From positions 20,894,001 to 20,958,000 of the forward strand of contig CM120646.1 of assembly GCA_051362555.1 (NCBI GenBank): 64,000 bases of DNA, written 5' to 3'. The notes under the pieces are model-generated. The model saw only the letters and a list, made by a program, of their open reading frames with translations. It was not told the origin of the DNA and made no database searches. The stretch comes from Lingula anatina. Its lineage: Eukaryota > Animalia > Brachiopoda. The position numbers and the translations under genes are program-made. This document shows positions 49,528 to 62,700 of the stretch, one piece after another; the stretch's first letter is position 1; each line of letters begins with the position of its first letter.

Positions 49528-50807
49528 GTTATTCTAATGAGTTAGCCTTGCAGTTGCAATTACGAATTATTCAGATTATTTCAAATGCATTCTACTGACA
49601 TAACGGGCACTGATATATGGCTGTCAAACTCTATTACTGCTCCCATCAGATTGTTGATGGTGATGCTTGTTTTTACCTGATTAAGACTGACATTTTGACA
49701 ACATACCTGCTTTCCCCTGGACGCTGAAACAAAGAACGAAAAGAACGAAAGAACGCTGTTAGGTTGAATTTGTCAAAGTTTTCTATTTATTGCCGTGAAT
49801 AATATGCATTGAAACACTGCCATCTGATTCCAAAGTAAAAATATTTGTGACAATAAAACTATTCTTAAATTAAGAGGATAACATCTTTCAAGCTTTTTTT
49901 AAATTCTAATGGTAGTAAATACGACTGCAATATGTAATCTATATATTATCTATCATTAAAAAAAAAAAAACAGTCTTATAAATATGGCGAGAGTTGTCAG
50001 CTGGCAGCTGAAGCATAATTTTATGTTATGTCGGAAAAGCAGATTTAACAAAATATGTTATTTCCCGGATAGATAGCTTATGGTTTTGATGCCGTTACTT
50101 AACATACACATGCCTTCATTTCGGCAACAGAGGGGCTACGTGTAGGCATACATGGGAAGTGAAAACACAAACAGCGGTTTTATTGAAAACTGGACCCCAA
50201 CCTACTGTACAGTGTTGAAAGAAATTGTATAATTTTATAACCAGCAAGACCATTTTGACTGATGTAAACTGAAACAAATGACTTGCGCACATTTCTTTTA
50301 CAATAATCGATATTTTCAAAAACACCAGATGCTATCTCTTTAAAGTGCTAGACTCGTGACACGTTACTTTATTGATGAAACCTGTCTACAATACAGTATT
50401 AATAAACATGAGTAAAGTGAAGGCCCTGTCAGTTTGTACATTTACTTTGGAAACGAATTCTGTTATGTATTTTTCTTTCTTTCCTTTTTATATAAAAACA
50501 TAACAAAAACCAATTGTTTGGAAATTTAGGATTTTTCATATCTTCATCTAGTTCAGTGCACGTATACATAAGGGTAAAAATAATGGAAATTTAAGAGCGG
50601 AATATTCCACGAGGCATTTTGGTACATTTTTTGCACAGTGAAATAATAAAAGAAGAACAGTTAGTTTTTACAAGATATTTTAATCAAGGTAACGCAACAC
50701 TATAGATTTTTCGGTCGTTAGCGCAAACTTTTGAATTATTTATTTTATAAAAAAAAGTTATGAAGTCTTGTATCGAGGCTGGATGCGCAACCTTTCCTGA
50801 ACTTGTC

Positions 50808-52896
50808 CTACGTGCATTCTGCTGTTACGTCACTGTATCCCGATGATTCGACCGGATAATCGTAGTAATTTTGCCTTACGACGTAAGAACTGTTTATATC
50901 ATCTACTCTTGTCACTCCTGAAAGAAATTTTAAAAATACATAGTGCCTTTAGCGTTTCCAGTCTGACCTAAATTTAACAAAAGAATTTTTAAAAAAGCCC
51001 TTGAGCTTTCCTCACAGTGAGTTTTCAATTTTAACGTAATTTTTTTTTATTATTTCTTTCATTCTTTCTTTCTTTTCCTTTTCTATGATGACCTCTGTAA
51101 ACATTGACTGTATTTGAAAATGAAGCATTCGGTAACTCTGCCATTAAGCTCATGAGCATGTGCCTCAAATAAGGTTCTAGTTCACCGTTTTTCTCAGGGT
51201 TTTCACGTTGACCAGTTTCATGAATCGGTTATTGATAATACTGCATTGCCTATAGAAACTCGCGCACTGTACCTGTGAGCGCCATGGTACTTTCTAGTTC
51301 GTTAGTCAATATGTCAAGTACGTCTTGAACACCCTGGGAGCCATTAGTGGCGAGACCATGGAGAACAGGACGACCGATAAAGACGGCACGAGCTCCTGGA
51401 ATTTATATGAGACCATTATAGACTAGAACGTAATAAAGGGACGGATGATGCATCTAGCGGATAATTTATGTCTCCAGAAAAAGATGCAAATGTTACTGAA
51501 ATAAAGTTACAACAACGAGTTGGGCGATCTTGAGGTGTCTCATGGTTGCACACTTCTTATTTTCTTATTTCTTAATTTTTTTTCAAAAAAATTTCCTATT
51601 AGCGGCGTTTTTCTGAAGAAACTTTACTCATTAGTTGTAAGAAAGCCCCGCCACTTGCATGTGAATCAATGCCTACCTAAAGCAAGTGCAGTGAAAACGT
51701 CCCTCCCAGTCCGGACGCCTCCGTCCACATAAACGTCACAGCGCCCCCTTACGGCACGCACTACCTCCGGCAGAGCGTCAATAGTGGCAGGACCGCCATC
51801 TAGCGTGCTAAAATTCAAAGTAATAAAAGTTTTTTCCCCTATAAAATCAAAGTATTGATTTGATGGGGTTTGAGGTAATGATATTTTTCTGCGAAGTGTC
51901 CTCTCCAAGAAGAATAAAACAACTTGTTCTGCATATCATTTCTTTTCAGAATCAATGACTTTTTGAAAAAAGAAACCGATTATATATAATTCAGATCTAA
52001 TTTATTCACTGCTTTAAAAAATAACGCATTGTGACAATCTGCATTTAATACGCATAACACATTATGCCTTTGCAAGCGTGAAGCGTTAAGGCATGTAAAA
52101 TACCTAAAGTTTTTTTTCTTTAACAAATAAAGAACTTGTCGGACTATCCCCACTCACCGCCCACCGTGATTGGAAACAAACACAGCATCCGCACCATGGC
52201 GCACCGCAAGTTCTGCGTCCTCCGCAGTTAAAATTCCCTTCAGAATAATTGGTATATGTGAAACATCTTTCAACCAATCAACATCATCCCATGTCAAAGT
52301 GAAAACATTATCGTATGCGTCGTCCACCGTAGCCCTCCTATCTGTCACTGGGTATGGAAGATTGGGAAAGGTGACCCAGCCCGGAAGGTTGTAAACGTTG
52401 CGCTTTGACCAGGAAATTCGCCTCCTACGCACTTCGTCTACTGACAGAACGATGGCTTTGAAGCCTACAATGGACACTGACACTTAGAAAAATACGAATT
52501 TTTAACAAGTTCCTGTGGGAAAATAGGAAGGAAAGATGCGTATTTGGAGAGAAGCTAAAAGGAAGTATCTAACAGAACTTTTGACTCCACGCACAGGTGA
52601 GTCCTCCAATTCAGAGGATGCTGTGCAAAGTGTGAGTTTGTGACTTTCTATACTTTTTTAGCGTATTCATTGGTTGCATAATCAGTAAAATTTTGTTAAA
52701 AAATCCCACCCCACCCCCAACAGATGAATAATTATGACTTGATTTTATGCATCATTTTACACATTCATTAGGTGTGACACTTTTTTGGTAGGGGAGTATA
52801 TTTCATTGAGGCGTACGTCAATCCCTAGAATGCAGCTGTTTCTTTTTAACCGTCTTTTAACTAACAATTTTACAAATACTTAACGCAATGACAAAA

Positions 52897-52943
<47 letters not shown>

Positions 52944-55289
52944 AAACGCTTGAGTTTGTCCTTACCAGCTTCTTCTACCCTCCTTACGAATTTAAGCATG
53001 ACGCTTCTTGGTTTCGCCATATACATTTGCATCCAGAGAAGAGCGTCAGGAACAGCCTTGGTTACGTCTTCTAGGGGCGTAGTCGTGACTTGAGCAAGAA
53101 TCATGACCGTATTTTTGGCAGCGGCAGCAGACGCTGTGCCGATTGTCCCTTCCGGATGAAACCATTTATGTAAACCGCTCGGGGAAATGCCTATAAACAA
53201 CGCACAAGTATCGAATTGTAAAATTTCAATCTTTAGTTCAGCCTTTAGGATTTAATGAGGAAAAAAATTAATAATGATAATCACCATTTACCAAACCGTA
53301 TATTCATTGAAAATACACGACCTCGAATTTAAAAAAAAATCCATTATCACTCTTCTTTGCCCAAAAGCAGGCGAATCCTTGCAGTAATTTAAAATATAAT
53401 GATGTTGTTATTCTAAAAACGCATCCTTACCACGGTTCAACCACTTATCTAACTCACTGACGCTTGACTGACACTTTTTTAAACCATAACATGAATAGAT
53501 AAAGCCCCAGCTGCCGACTTGTTTGTGAAGTAGTCCTACACTAGTCATTGTACTACATGTGCTTTGATGTGCACGAGTTTTTTTCCAGAATTTTATTGCG
53601 ACTGAGAGTAAGACTGTGGGTGGGGTGGATGGTTTTATATTTTAGTTAACATCAATTTTTTTCATCGATATTCTTAAATAGCAAAATGCATAAAGGCAGA
53701 TTCCTTTTGTTGTTACTATGATCTTTTTCATCAATAGTCAAGAGCCAGGCAGTGAAAGCGCTACTGTTGAAGATGTGGCGAAGAAAATGGCAGTATTTTT
53801 TTCTTTTCAATCGGATTCCCGATCTGTTGATCAACATAGAACTAGCAAATAAATGCATAAGTTACAAAAATGACAATATATGGCATTTTATCTACACCCC
53901 AACCTAATACTAGCTGATATAATGAAATCCCGGACCATCCATATTTTATCAGACAAGGCTAAGATCTAATGAATCTGATTTCGTGCATGGCTTTTTATGA
54001 GCATCGACAAAAATTACCCATCCCAAGGGGCATTAGCAACTTTACTCAATCACGAGTATCTCAATTACCCTTCTAACAGTTTTAGTGACTGACAAAAAAA
54101 AATACTAGTTGTAAAATGCGCTGCGGTTGCGAAATGCGTTTATGAGTTTTTTATTGGTTGCAAATGCGTTGCAGACGCAAAATGCGGTTCCTCAATGATA
54201 TATTCCTCAATATATCATTGAGGAACAGATGGCCATTTTTAGCCTTTACATTATTCAGAAAGTCAAATAAATCACGTCTACATGACGGGTAGATAAAAAA
54301 CATACACCGAACGCGAGAATTTGAAAAACCCAATATCCATCATAACTCGAAGACACTTCCCTGTGTACTTTCTTTTGCTATTACCTTCGGCTTCATACAG
54401 TCGCATTGAATATGTTTTCCTCATGGGGAAATAGTTCCTTGCCCTCTATCAGGGTCACAGATTGATTTACCGCTAGATATTTACATATATATGTCTCTGA
54501 CAAATTATGTTTTCTTTTGTGTTCGGTGAGAGTAGAAAATTGTTTGAGGAATTACTCAAAGATATACCTGTGAGTATCTAGTGAAAAGCAATCTGTGGCC
54601 CTGGTAGAGTGTAACCATTCTGAATTGGGAAAGATATACATGTAATTAACACATTCAAAGGTAGACATGGAAAATATTACTTGAGGTTAGACAGTTTCAA
54701 AAGCGGACAGTATACATTTTATAAAACAAACATTGGTTCACCTATAGGAATATCAATGGGATATCCTAGGACACTTGTACACGTGTCGATGTGACTCGTA
54801 TCTCGCAAAAACCTTGGCCGAAGACGAAACCGCTTGTAGGCATTAAGATTATCGTCGTTGGTCAGCCCAGCGGCGTACGCACTTTCCATTAAGATGAAGG
54901 CGTCTGGATCCACTTGGTGTTCGGCGGCATCTTTGTAGGCACGGACATTCACCAGACGACAGGTTACCTGAGGGCAATATGAAGAGGTTGAACGCATGTG
55001 CTTATAGCAGGAGAAAAGACTGTCGTATTGGCGAAACTGTATTTCAAAGACATTCTTTATTGTTTGGACGTAATTAAGCCTTAAAAAATACGCATACATT
55101 GTGCCATTGATCGCTCCTTACGTTATGCAGGTCTAATGTACAAGAACTAAAAAAGGAACGTCAGGTAAGACATTTGAAAATAACCATTGGAAAGCTTTAA
55201 ATCATAAACATTTTTGTAAAGAAAATACGTACTTTTCCCGCCGTGCAAGTTACCAATAATATTGTCATCAAATTTAAAGGAACAGCCAT
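50808..55289 (-). CDS. FMN-dependent alpha-hydroxy acid oxidase (HAO/glycolate oxidase family), paralogue 1, putative signal peptide. Exons 55233-55289, 54742-54967, 52966-53190, 52158-52464, 51677-51807, 51273-51395, 50808-50917 (392 aa).
   Basis: Motifs [71 protein letters not shown]. All introns GT-AG with consistent phase. N-terminus [19 protein letters not shown]; C-terminus DVTAECT*. Confidence 0.93.
52897..52945. repeat. (TAAA)n microsatellite
   Basis: ~12 units in an intron. Confidence 0.95.
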
Positions 55290-56764
55290 GGTGACCCGAC
55301 GCGATGGCGGTACAAACAGAAAAAGAATCCTGCAGTGTCTTTAGTACAGGGTTTAAAAAAACACCGATAATCGATGATTGCAGACAAAAAAGGGGGCATG
55401 CATCAAGTAGGGGTTCAGTGGATTTTCATATAATTCCTCAAACCCGAATGCCGTAAGTGTAGTAATCATAATGTTAGGTGCTATATGGTGCAGGCATCCG
55501 AGTCAAGTTAATCGGCACCCGCCACTGAAGAAATGGAACTTGCTATGCTTTAACGTCTTAACTACATCTCTTTATGCTTGTGAACAGTATACGCTGTACT
55601 ATATGAGTAGAGCACATTCCCGAGTGTACTTAGATATGGAAAAGAGATAATGTTCTGTGCTCTATTTGTTTATAACAATGATTAACATTGTGTATTAGAT
55701 TGTCCACGTGTGAAGGAAAGGCAACATTTGGTTTTACTTATTAAACTGGATTTTATTAAAATTGCATATGATAATGTACTTTCAAAAACTGCAGTATTTG
55801 ATAATATATAAAAAATATAATTTTTATTTTACAATTTGGAATTTAAATATAATTCTCATAATGAAACTCCAATATGACAAAGAATACTTTGAAATATGTA
55901 CAATGTAAACTTATATCATGAACATTCTTTATCTTATTAAGATTGAACTTCACCTTCATATACCATCCATCCGTCCTTCACTATTCTGGCTCTGCGGTCA
56001 AGCATGACAGTGCACAATCACTATCAGCGCAAATGGTGATGTCCAAAGTTTCTTCAGGACTGCCACATAGCGATTTCAGGAGAGACTGAGCAGCAAGAAT
56101 TTGGGACGTTGAGTGGGCACTGCATTTACCCCCCCCCCCCTTGACCCCCTCCCCCCTGTGGAGGGGGGTACTTCAAGCAGAATGTGTATCGGGGAAATCC
56201 CCAAAAAGGAATGTAGTATTTAATAAAACTTTTATGAGTTCTGTTTATTTATTTATTTATTTGGGGGTACCATGTTTAAGATAGCAATATTGGCGTCATC
56301 AAGCTTCAAACAAACAGACATCGTTTTAGGCACTGAAATATAGGTGGCTATAACATTACCCCCGCAAAGATTCTCTGTAAGTTGTTTTAAATTTGGATTT
56401 AAATCGTTTCCACTGAGAAATACAAATAGTATGTCTAGCGAGGAAGGGATCCCGTCTGATCTTCTTAAACCTCACATGGGAATTTTATCCAACAGAGACC
56501 CCTGGCGGAGTGTAGCAAAAACAGCATTTCCCAATAAGTTTATTTCAATAGCTGACTATATATTTCCATCAAATGCATAAGATATATCTTTTTGAAATAA
56601 CTAATATTCATCCCTACCGTAATTAATATTTCACTTTTCATTTTCAGTTATGGCATATTAGTTGTGCACTTGCCAGTTGAGAAAAAATAATAGCATCGAT
56701 TGTTTGCTTTATGAGTTTTCTTCAAACATTCAGTTTGGAGTTCAAGTCAGTAATATCCTGGACA

Positions 56765-59700
56765 TCATTGCAACGCACAACACGCCGATAGGGTGCTACC
56801 TCCAGACGGTCTGCTCACATTATCGTAGTGACTCTGTTTGACAACATAAGAACTGTTTATCTCATCTATCCGTGTGACACCTGGAAATATTACCCGCTGA
56901 AATAAGTATTCAATTAGACCGTAGAAAAAATCAATCCCAAAGACAATATGGGAAGAACCGGTTCACAAGTGGCTTTTACATTACACTTGTTCAATCATAT
57001 GGAAAAGGGACTACTCAACGGGTTTACCATTCATAAATTGTGATACAATGTTTATGAATAGGTAGGGAACGGGGAGTTACCTGTTAACGCCATAGTACTT
57101 TCAAGTTCGTTGGTCAGAACGTCCAGAACGCCCTGGACACCCTTGGAACCGTTAGTGGCAAGACCGTAGAGAGCAGGACGACCGATAAAAACGGCGCGAG
57201 CCCCTGGAATTGAAGCAATATACCAGATCTACCATAGCAAATGGAGATTCAGTTTATATTCACAAATGTCATAGTCTTTTCCTGGGTACCAGTTGTTGAA
57301 TCGTACAACACACAGTCAGTTTTGACTGCGCTGTTTTTGGGAAACGGGTTCCAGCTCATTAAGCCGAGTCCCCAATGTAGCTGGACATTGTGAGCAAGAT
57401 AGTGAAGGGCTCCAGCAATACGAAAGCTGATTGTCAACCAAAAAACTTAAATACACACAGTTTATTATAATTCCAGATATATAAAAAAACTGAAGTGTCA
57501 TTTTATTATCTCATGTGCCAAGTACTGACAAAGTGTATTTAATACCCGAAGAGGGCTATGGGCTGGGCTCAGCGCTGTAATGATTACACATTAGTGCTGA
57601 TAGAATCTGAATTACTTTTTACATAAGTGCATATTTACATTCATGAAAAATAAATACCCCGTATGTATGTATGACTTTTCACAATGGATGTGTTCTCAAC
57701 TACCACAATCTGTGGGTACACTCTGTCAGTAGGCCTACAAGATACTTGGTGGAGGTTTGTGCTCTCTTTGTCTTTTCAGGATTCAATATAAGCCTTGCCT
57801 CGGTTTTTGCCCTTGGATGGTAAGTAGTGTTGCAAATTCTGCAAATATCCATATCCTGTAGAAACTGTGCCCTCCGGCATACCTTCCAGTATAGAACTCA
57901 CAATTAAAGTCCCTTTGCATTGATTCACACACCAGTTTGGTAAGGTTTTAGACCTTTCATTCCAGCAGTTTCATCACTTCTGCTTGGATTTGTAAGTGAC
58001 GGCACAAATAATATACAAAAAATTCTAACAAAGAACGTTATATGGCCCTACATGCAGGAGTTTTTGGGCACGGAGGATTAAAAATTGGGCACCATTTGCG
58101 TGTCACAGTTATATTTCCTTTCACTACAACGTCACATAACAATTAAACTTCTTGGGTACCTACCTAAAGCAAGTGCCGTGAAAACGTCCCTCCCAGTCCG
58201 AACCCCTCCGTCCACATAAACCTCACAGCGCCCCCTTACGGCACGTACAACTTCTGGCAGCACGTTAATAGTGGCAGGAACGCCATCTATCGTTCTGAAA
58301 GTTTAAGTAGGTACACTTAAAATTGAAATCGCCATTAGAAAATAGGTTAAGATGAAAAATATAGGAGAAGCAACTCCTGTACAGTTGATGCGTTCTGATT
58401 TATGTGATTTTTAGGATGGACATTGCAGAAAGTATCGGCGCCTTCAAACTATATTAGGTCATGTTGATTTTGTGTGAACGTCATATCCTTATAAAAAGCG
58501 CATATTTCTGAAAAATGATATTTAAAAAAAAACGTTTTAACCCGTTTCTACCTACCGGCCACCGTGATTGGAGACAAACACAGCATCTGCACCGTGGTGC
58601 ACCGCAAGTTCTGCGTCCTCTGCTGTCGATATTCCCTTCAGAATGATCGGTAGTTTCGTAAATTTTTTCAGCCAATCAACATCCTCCCATGTCACTGTAT
58701 CAACGTTTTCTAAAAAGTCGGCTGTTGTGGCTCTCCTATCTGTCACTGGCTTTGGGAAATTGGGGAAGGTGACCCAGTCAGGGATATCGTACGCGTCGCG
58801 GCTATACCACGGAATTCGTCTTCCTGACACTTCGTCTAATGACAGAACGATGGCCCTAAAACCTACAAAGTACCGGCGCAATGTGTTATTACTGATGCAC
58901 ATTCTTCCAAGAAGAAGGCCTAGGGGCCGAAAGCTCGGATTATATATATGGCATCTGTAAAGTAGATCTTCAGAGATGTATCAGTAATAATACTTATTTT
59001 TACCTTAACATCTATACGGTGAATTGACATGAATCTTCAAGGCGCAACGTGTTGACACGTTGAAATATGTTGGCGGTTGAATGAGAAACAATGAGTTACA
59101 GCAGAGAATGGGAAGGACACAGAATAACGGATTTTAACCTGATATCACATCAGAGAGATCGAAATATGTCTAATACCCGATCTAGCATTCTTTTACCAAT
59201 CTATCACCCTTATCCTTACAAATGCACCTTTCACTGGCTACCTTCCACAGAAAGATAGAAAAACGCCCGATCTTTTCCTTACCCGCTGCTTCTACCCTCC
59301 TTAAGAATTTAAGCATGACGCTTCTTGGTTTCGCCATATACATTTGCATCCAGAGAAGAGCGTCAGGAACAGCCTTGGTAAGTTCCTCTAAGGGCGTGGT
59401 CGTAGCTCCAGCAAGAATCATGACCGTATTTTTGGCAGCGGCAGCAGACGCTGTGCCGATTGTCCCTTCCGGATGGAGCCATTTATGTAAACCACTTGGA
59501 GAAATACCTAGTCGAAAGTTAACAGATATATATATCTTTTGTGTTAGTAATTCAAACCGTTCCTGTACGTGACACCGGAGTGACAGGATTGGTAGTCCTA
59601 GAAATGGAAGGGGACCCATATCTGATTACTAGTAGTACAGGTTAGAATTAGGATTGAGGTTAGTATGTGGGACGAATATCACCTGTACAAAGTAATGTGG

Positions 59701-62700
59701 AACCCGGAACGAAGTACGGTTCCTAGCGGGCTACATGCACCATATCCTGTCACATCGGCATGACTTAGAACAAATGGGTGGTATTATACATTTGTCTCTG
59801 TTCACTGCCCACGAAAAGGTATGAATCCGGGCCTCTAAAACATGGTTAGGGCTGAACTCTGTATTTCTCAGATTGGTCTTGGGAACTGTAAATAAAATGT
59901 CCATCAAGCTGAATTTGTTTCTTTTTAATTCTGAAGGACGTGTATGTGCATGTTCTTTGGTGTGTCCCGAACAGCTCTTGTCACAGTGTCGTAGGACCAG
60001 TATATATTTCCGACTTCTTTTTATTTATCTGTCAGCAATTTAATCCTTACGCTTCAAAAATATCCCCAAATCTTATCCAAGTAAGACAACATATAATTTC
60101 ATTTATGAAGAGATCTAAACTTCAGCCAATTTATTCGTCCAACTGGCTCTCTTGATGCGAAATGTACATTCTACGTCTTGCAAGACGTACACTGAATCTT
60201 TCTCCTTTTGGTCGAATCATTTCCGAGGGTTTTGGAACATATATTTTCATACCATCCATAATTGTCAAAGAATCCTTTAGAAATCATTTGGTAATACATG
60301 TATGTTGATAAAAAGGCCCATGGGAATGAAACATCCCATTGTTACCCAGTCTCCCCAAATACATTCATCATCATCATCATCATCATCTCATCCTGTCACG
60401 CCACAGATGGCGCCACTGATGGTCACCACGGACTTGACCACGCTTTTCGTGTTATTGGTGTTGAACGGGAACCCACCATGCTGGTCCGGTGCGGGTTTGT
60501 GAGGGCCTGATGAACAATTGCTCAAGCTATATACAGCTGGTTGCTTGAGGTTAAAATTGACTCGTGGCCGGCTTTAAATGTCCTGACCTTTTAAAGTCAG
60601 ACTCGCAATTGCCACCAACATAAAAGGCTGAATTTGCATTAGTTGCTCTTATAGCACAATTTTAAATGAATGCCAGTGGGTCTTTTAAGTCGCAATTTTA
60701 ATATACGTAATAGGCTGAATATACATCTTAATCTTTATATGCATTTACGTATTTGTAAAAATTCGACCTATTGGTTGCTATATTTTCATATAAAATTTTA
60801 TCACTTATTACAATCTAGTATAACGCTACAGCTGAATCTTTGTATGTGCACTGGATAATGGTAGATTTTGTTCTTCATCGAAATGTAAATCAGAAATTAG
60901 AATCCGACACTCAGGGAACATTCTCTCGAAGCACGACTAAATGCTTATTTTTTGCATATTTTCTCCGTTAATATGCTAAAATGTTAATATGCTGGTTGTG
61001 TTGTCATGAAGTCATATAAAGGAGATAAAAAGTTCTCTGGATTCACTATACATTTCACGCTCTCTGTTAGCATTGCGCATGGCTTGAAACTATATATCTC
61101 CAGCACTTCAACGGTTTCCATTAAAAGCTCCTGCAGGAATATTTTTAAAGTTAGAATCCGGGAATGTGTCGGTGTACAAACTGTAGCGCCAGTCCGGGAT
61201 AACTCTCGTGGTAATAATTAGCAGATCTTGTCTCAGTTTCATTTTTACTTGTACATTTTTCTGTTTGTTCGTCACCAGCCTAACTCAAAAATTTATGAGT
61301 GGATTTTGATGCAAATTTTCAGGATAGGCCACAATTGGGAAGATCCAAAATGGATCAAATTTTGGTGATGATTCATTCATTGATTAATGTTTAATAATAA
61401 GTTAATCGTTTGTCCCTGCGGAGCTCTGTGCTCTGATTGCTTTTGTAGTAGACAATTACTTTCATACCAAAAGTTTGGTCTACAGGGCCTACGTACGTGC
61501 AGTAGTCCATTAAAACGGTGAATTGAACTAGTGGTTTCTTTCACAAAACAGCAATAGCATCGGCAATAGTACTGCTGATGTTACGTATCACTGGTCATTC
61601 AAAGTCAACTAATTTACTCTGAGAAACTGCCCCACCCCACCCCAAGCTGTGCTCTTCCTCTACCATGTTCTGTTTGTCTATGTCTGTCAAATAAAAAAAG
61701 ATTTAGAAATTGCCATGCTATTTCTTTTTGCGCATGTAAAATATTGGTAGTGTTATAAACTCCAAATGTCCAAAGTAATTACTTTTGGGTCCGTTAACCT
61801 CATATTCCTTGCCAATATGCTATGCTTTGAACATTTAGTGTGGTTAATGGCCTTCAATATATATCATATTAGAATTTTTTAAACAAAATTATAAACAGAT
61901 ATTACACTCGCGATTATGGATGAAGTGATCTCGAGGGTAACCTTATAGACAATTTTGAGTGGTTCGGCATCATTAATGATGGAACTCGTCAGGTTCATGG
62001 GCATGGGTGGTTGAGAGGTTAAATGATAAGTCCCTTTTTTTAGCCGGCAAATGTCCCCTCTGACTCAATATTGATTTACGTTCTACGTGTCAGCATTTTC
62101 TGAAGATGGGCAACAAACTTAAGCCCCATTTACATAGACGCCATAGATCTCCCATCGATCCAACTTAGCTGAATCAAACATCTCCTCGAGCAGCTAGGGG
62201 TGATTAACTTTCGCGCTGTTTCGTGCTCTCGGCTCCTGGTAGCTCTTTCACTTCGTTTTGGGTGCGACCAGTTGTCATCAGGAGATAGAGCCCTTTAAAC
62301 GGCAACTTGATACATGTGCGGTCTGTTGTTCTAGCAATATTTTATTTGTCTGTCCCACATATGGATGTGTAGGCTGGGTCACCTTTTTTCTCTGACACCG
62401 GCTTAAATTCGATTAGTTACTCGAAAACAGCAAAAGGTCAAGAAACCAGAGTAAAACTAGAAGGGTCATTGTTTGAGTGAAATGATTTGAATCACACACA
62501 TGCTCTCGCGCGCGCGCGAGCGCACACGCAAAAAAGGTGATCACTATGCTATATCACTATAGGCCAAACTGTTTTCTTTTTTTTTTACATGATGTACTGT
62601 GTTTAAAGCGATTGGGGTACTGTTGGTCAGCCTGGCAGGAGAGGAGCAAACAATGGAACCATTCCCAGACCCTGTCGTACTAAAGCTTTTGTTCAATGAT

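Noticed and set aside
52170-59572. Plus-strand ORFs ([10 protein letters not shown]..., MHLSLATF...)
   Set aside because: Antisense shadows of the oxidase exons.
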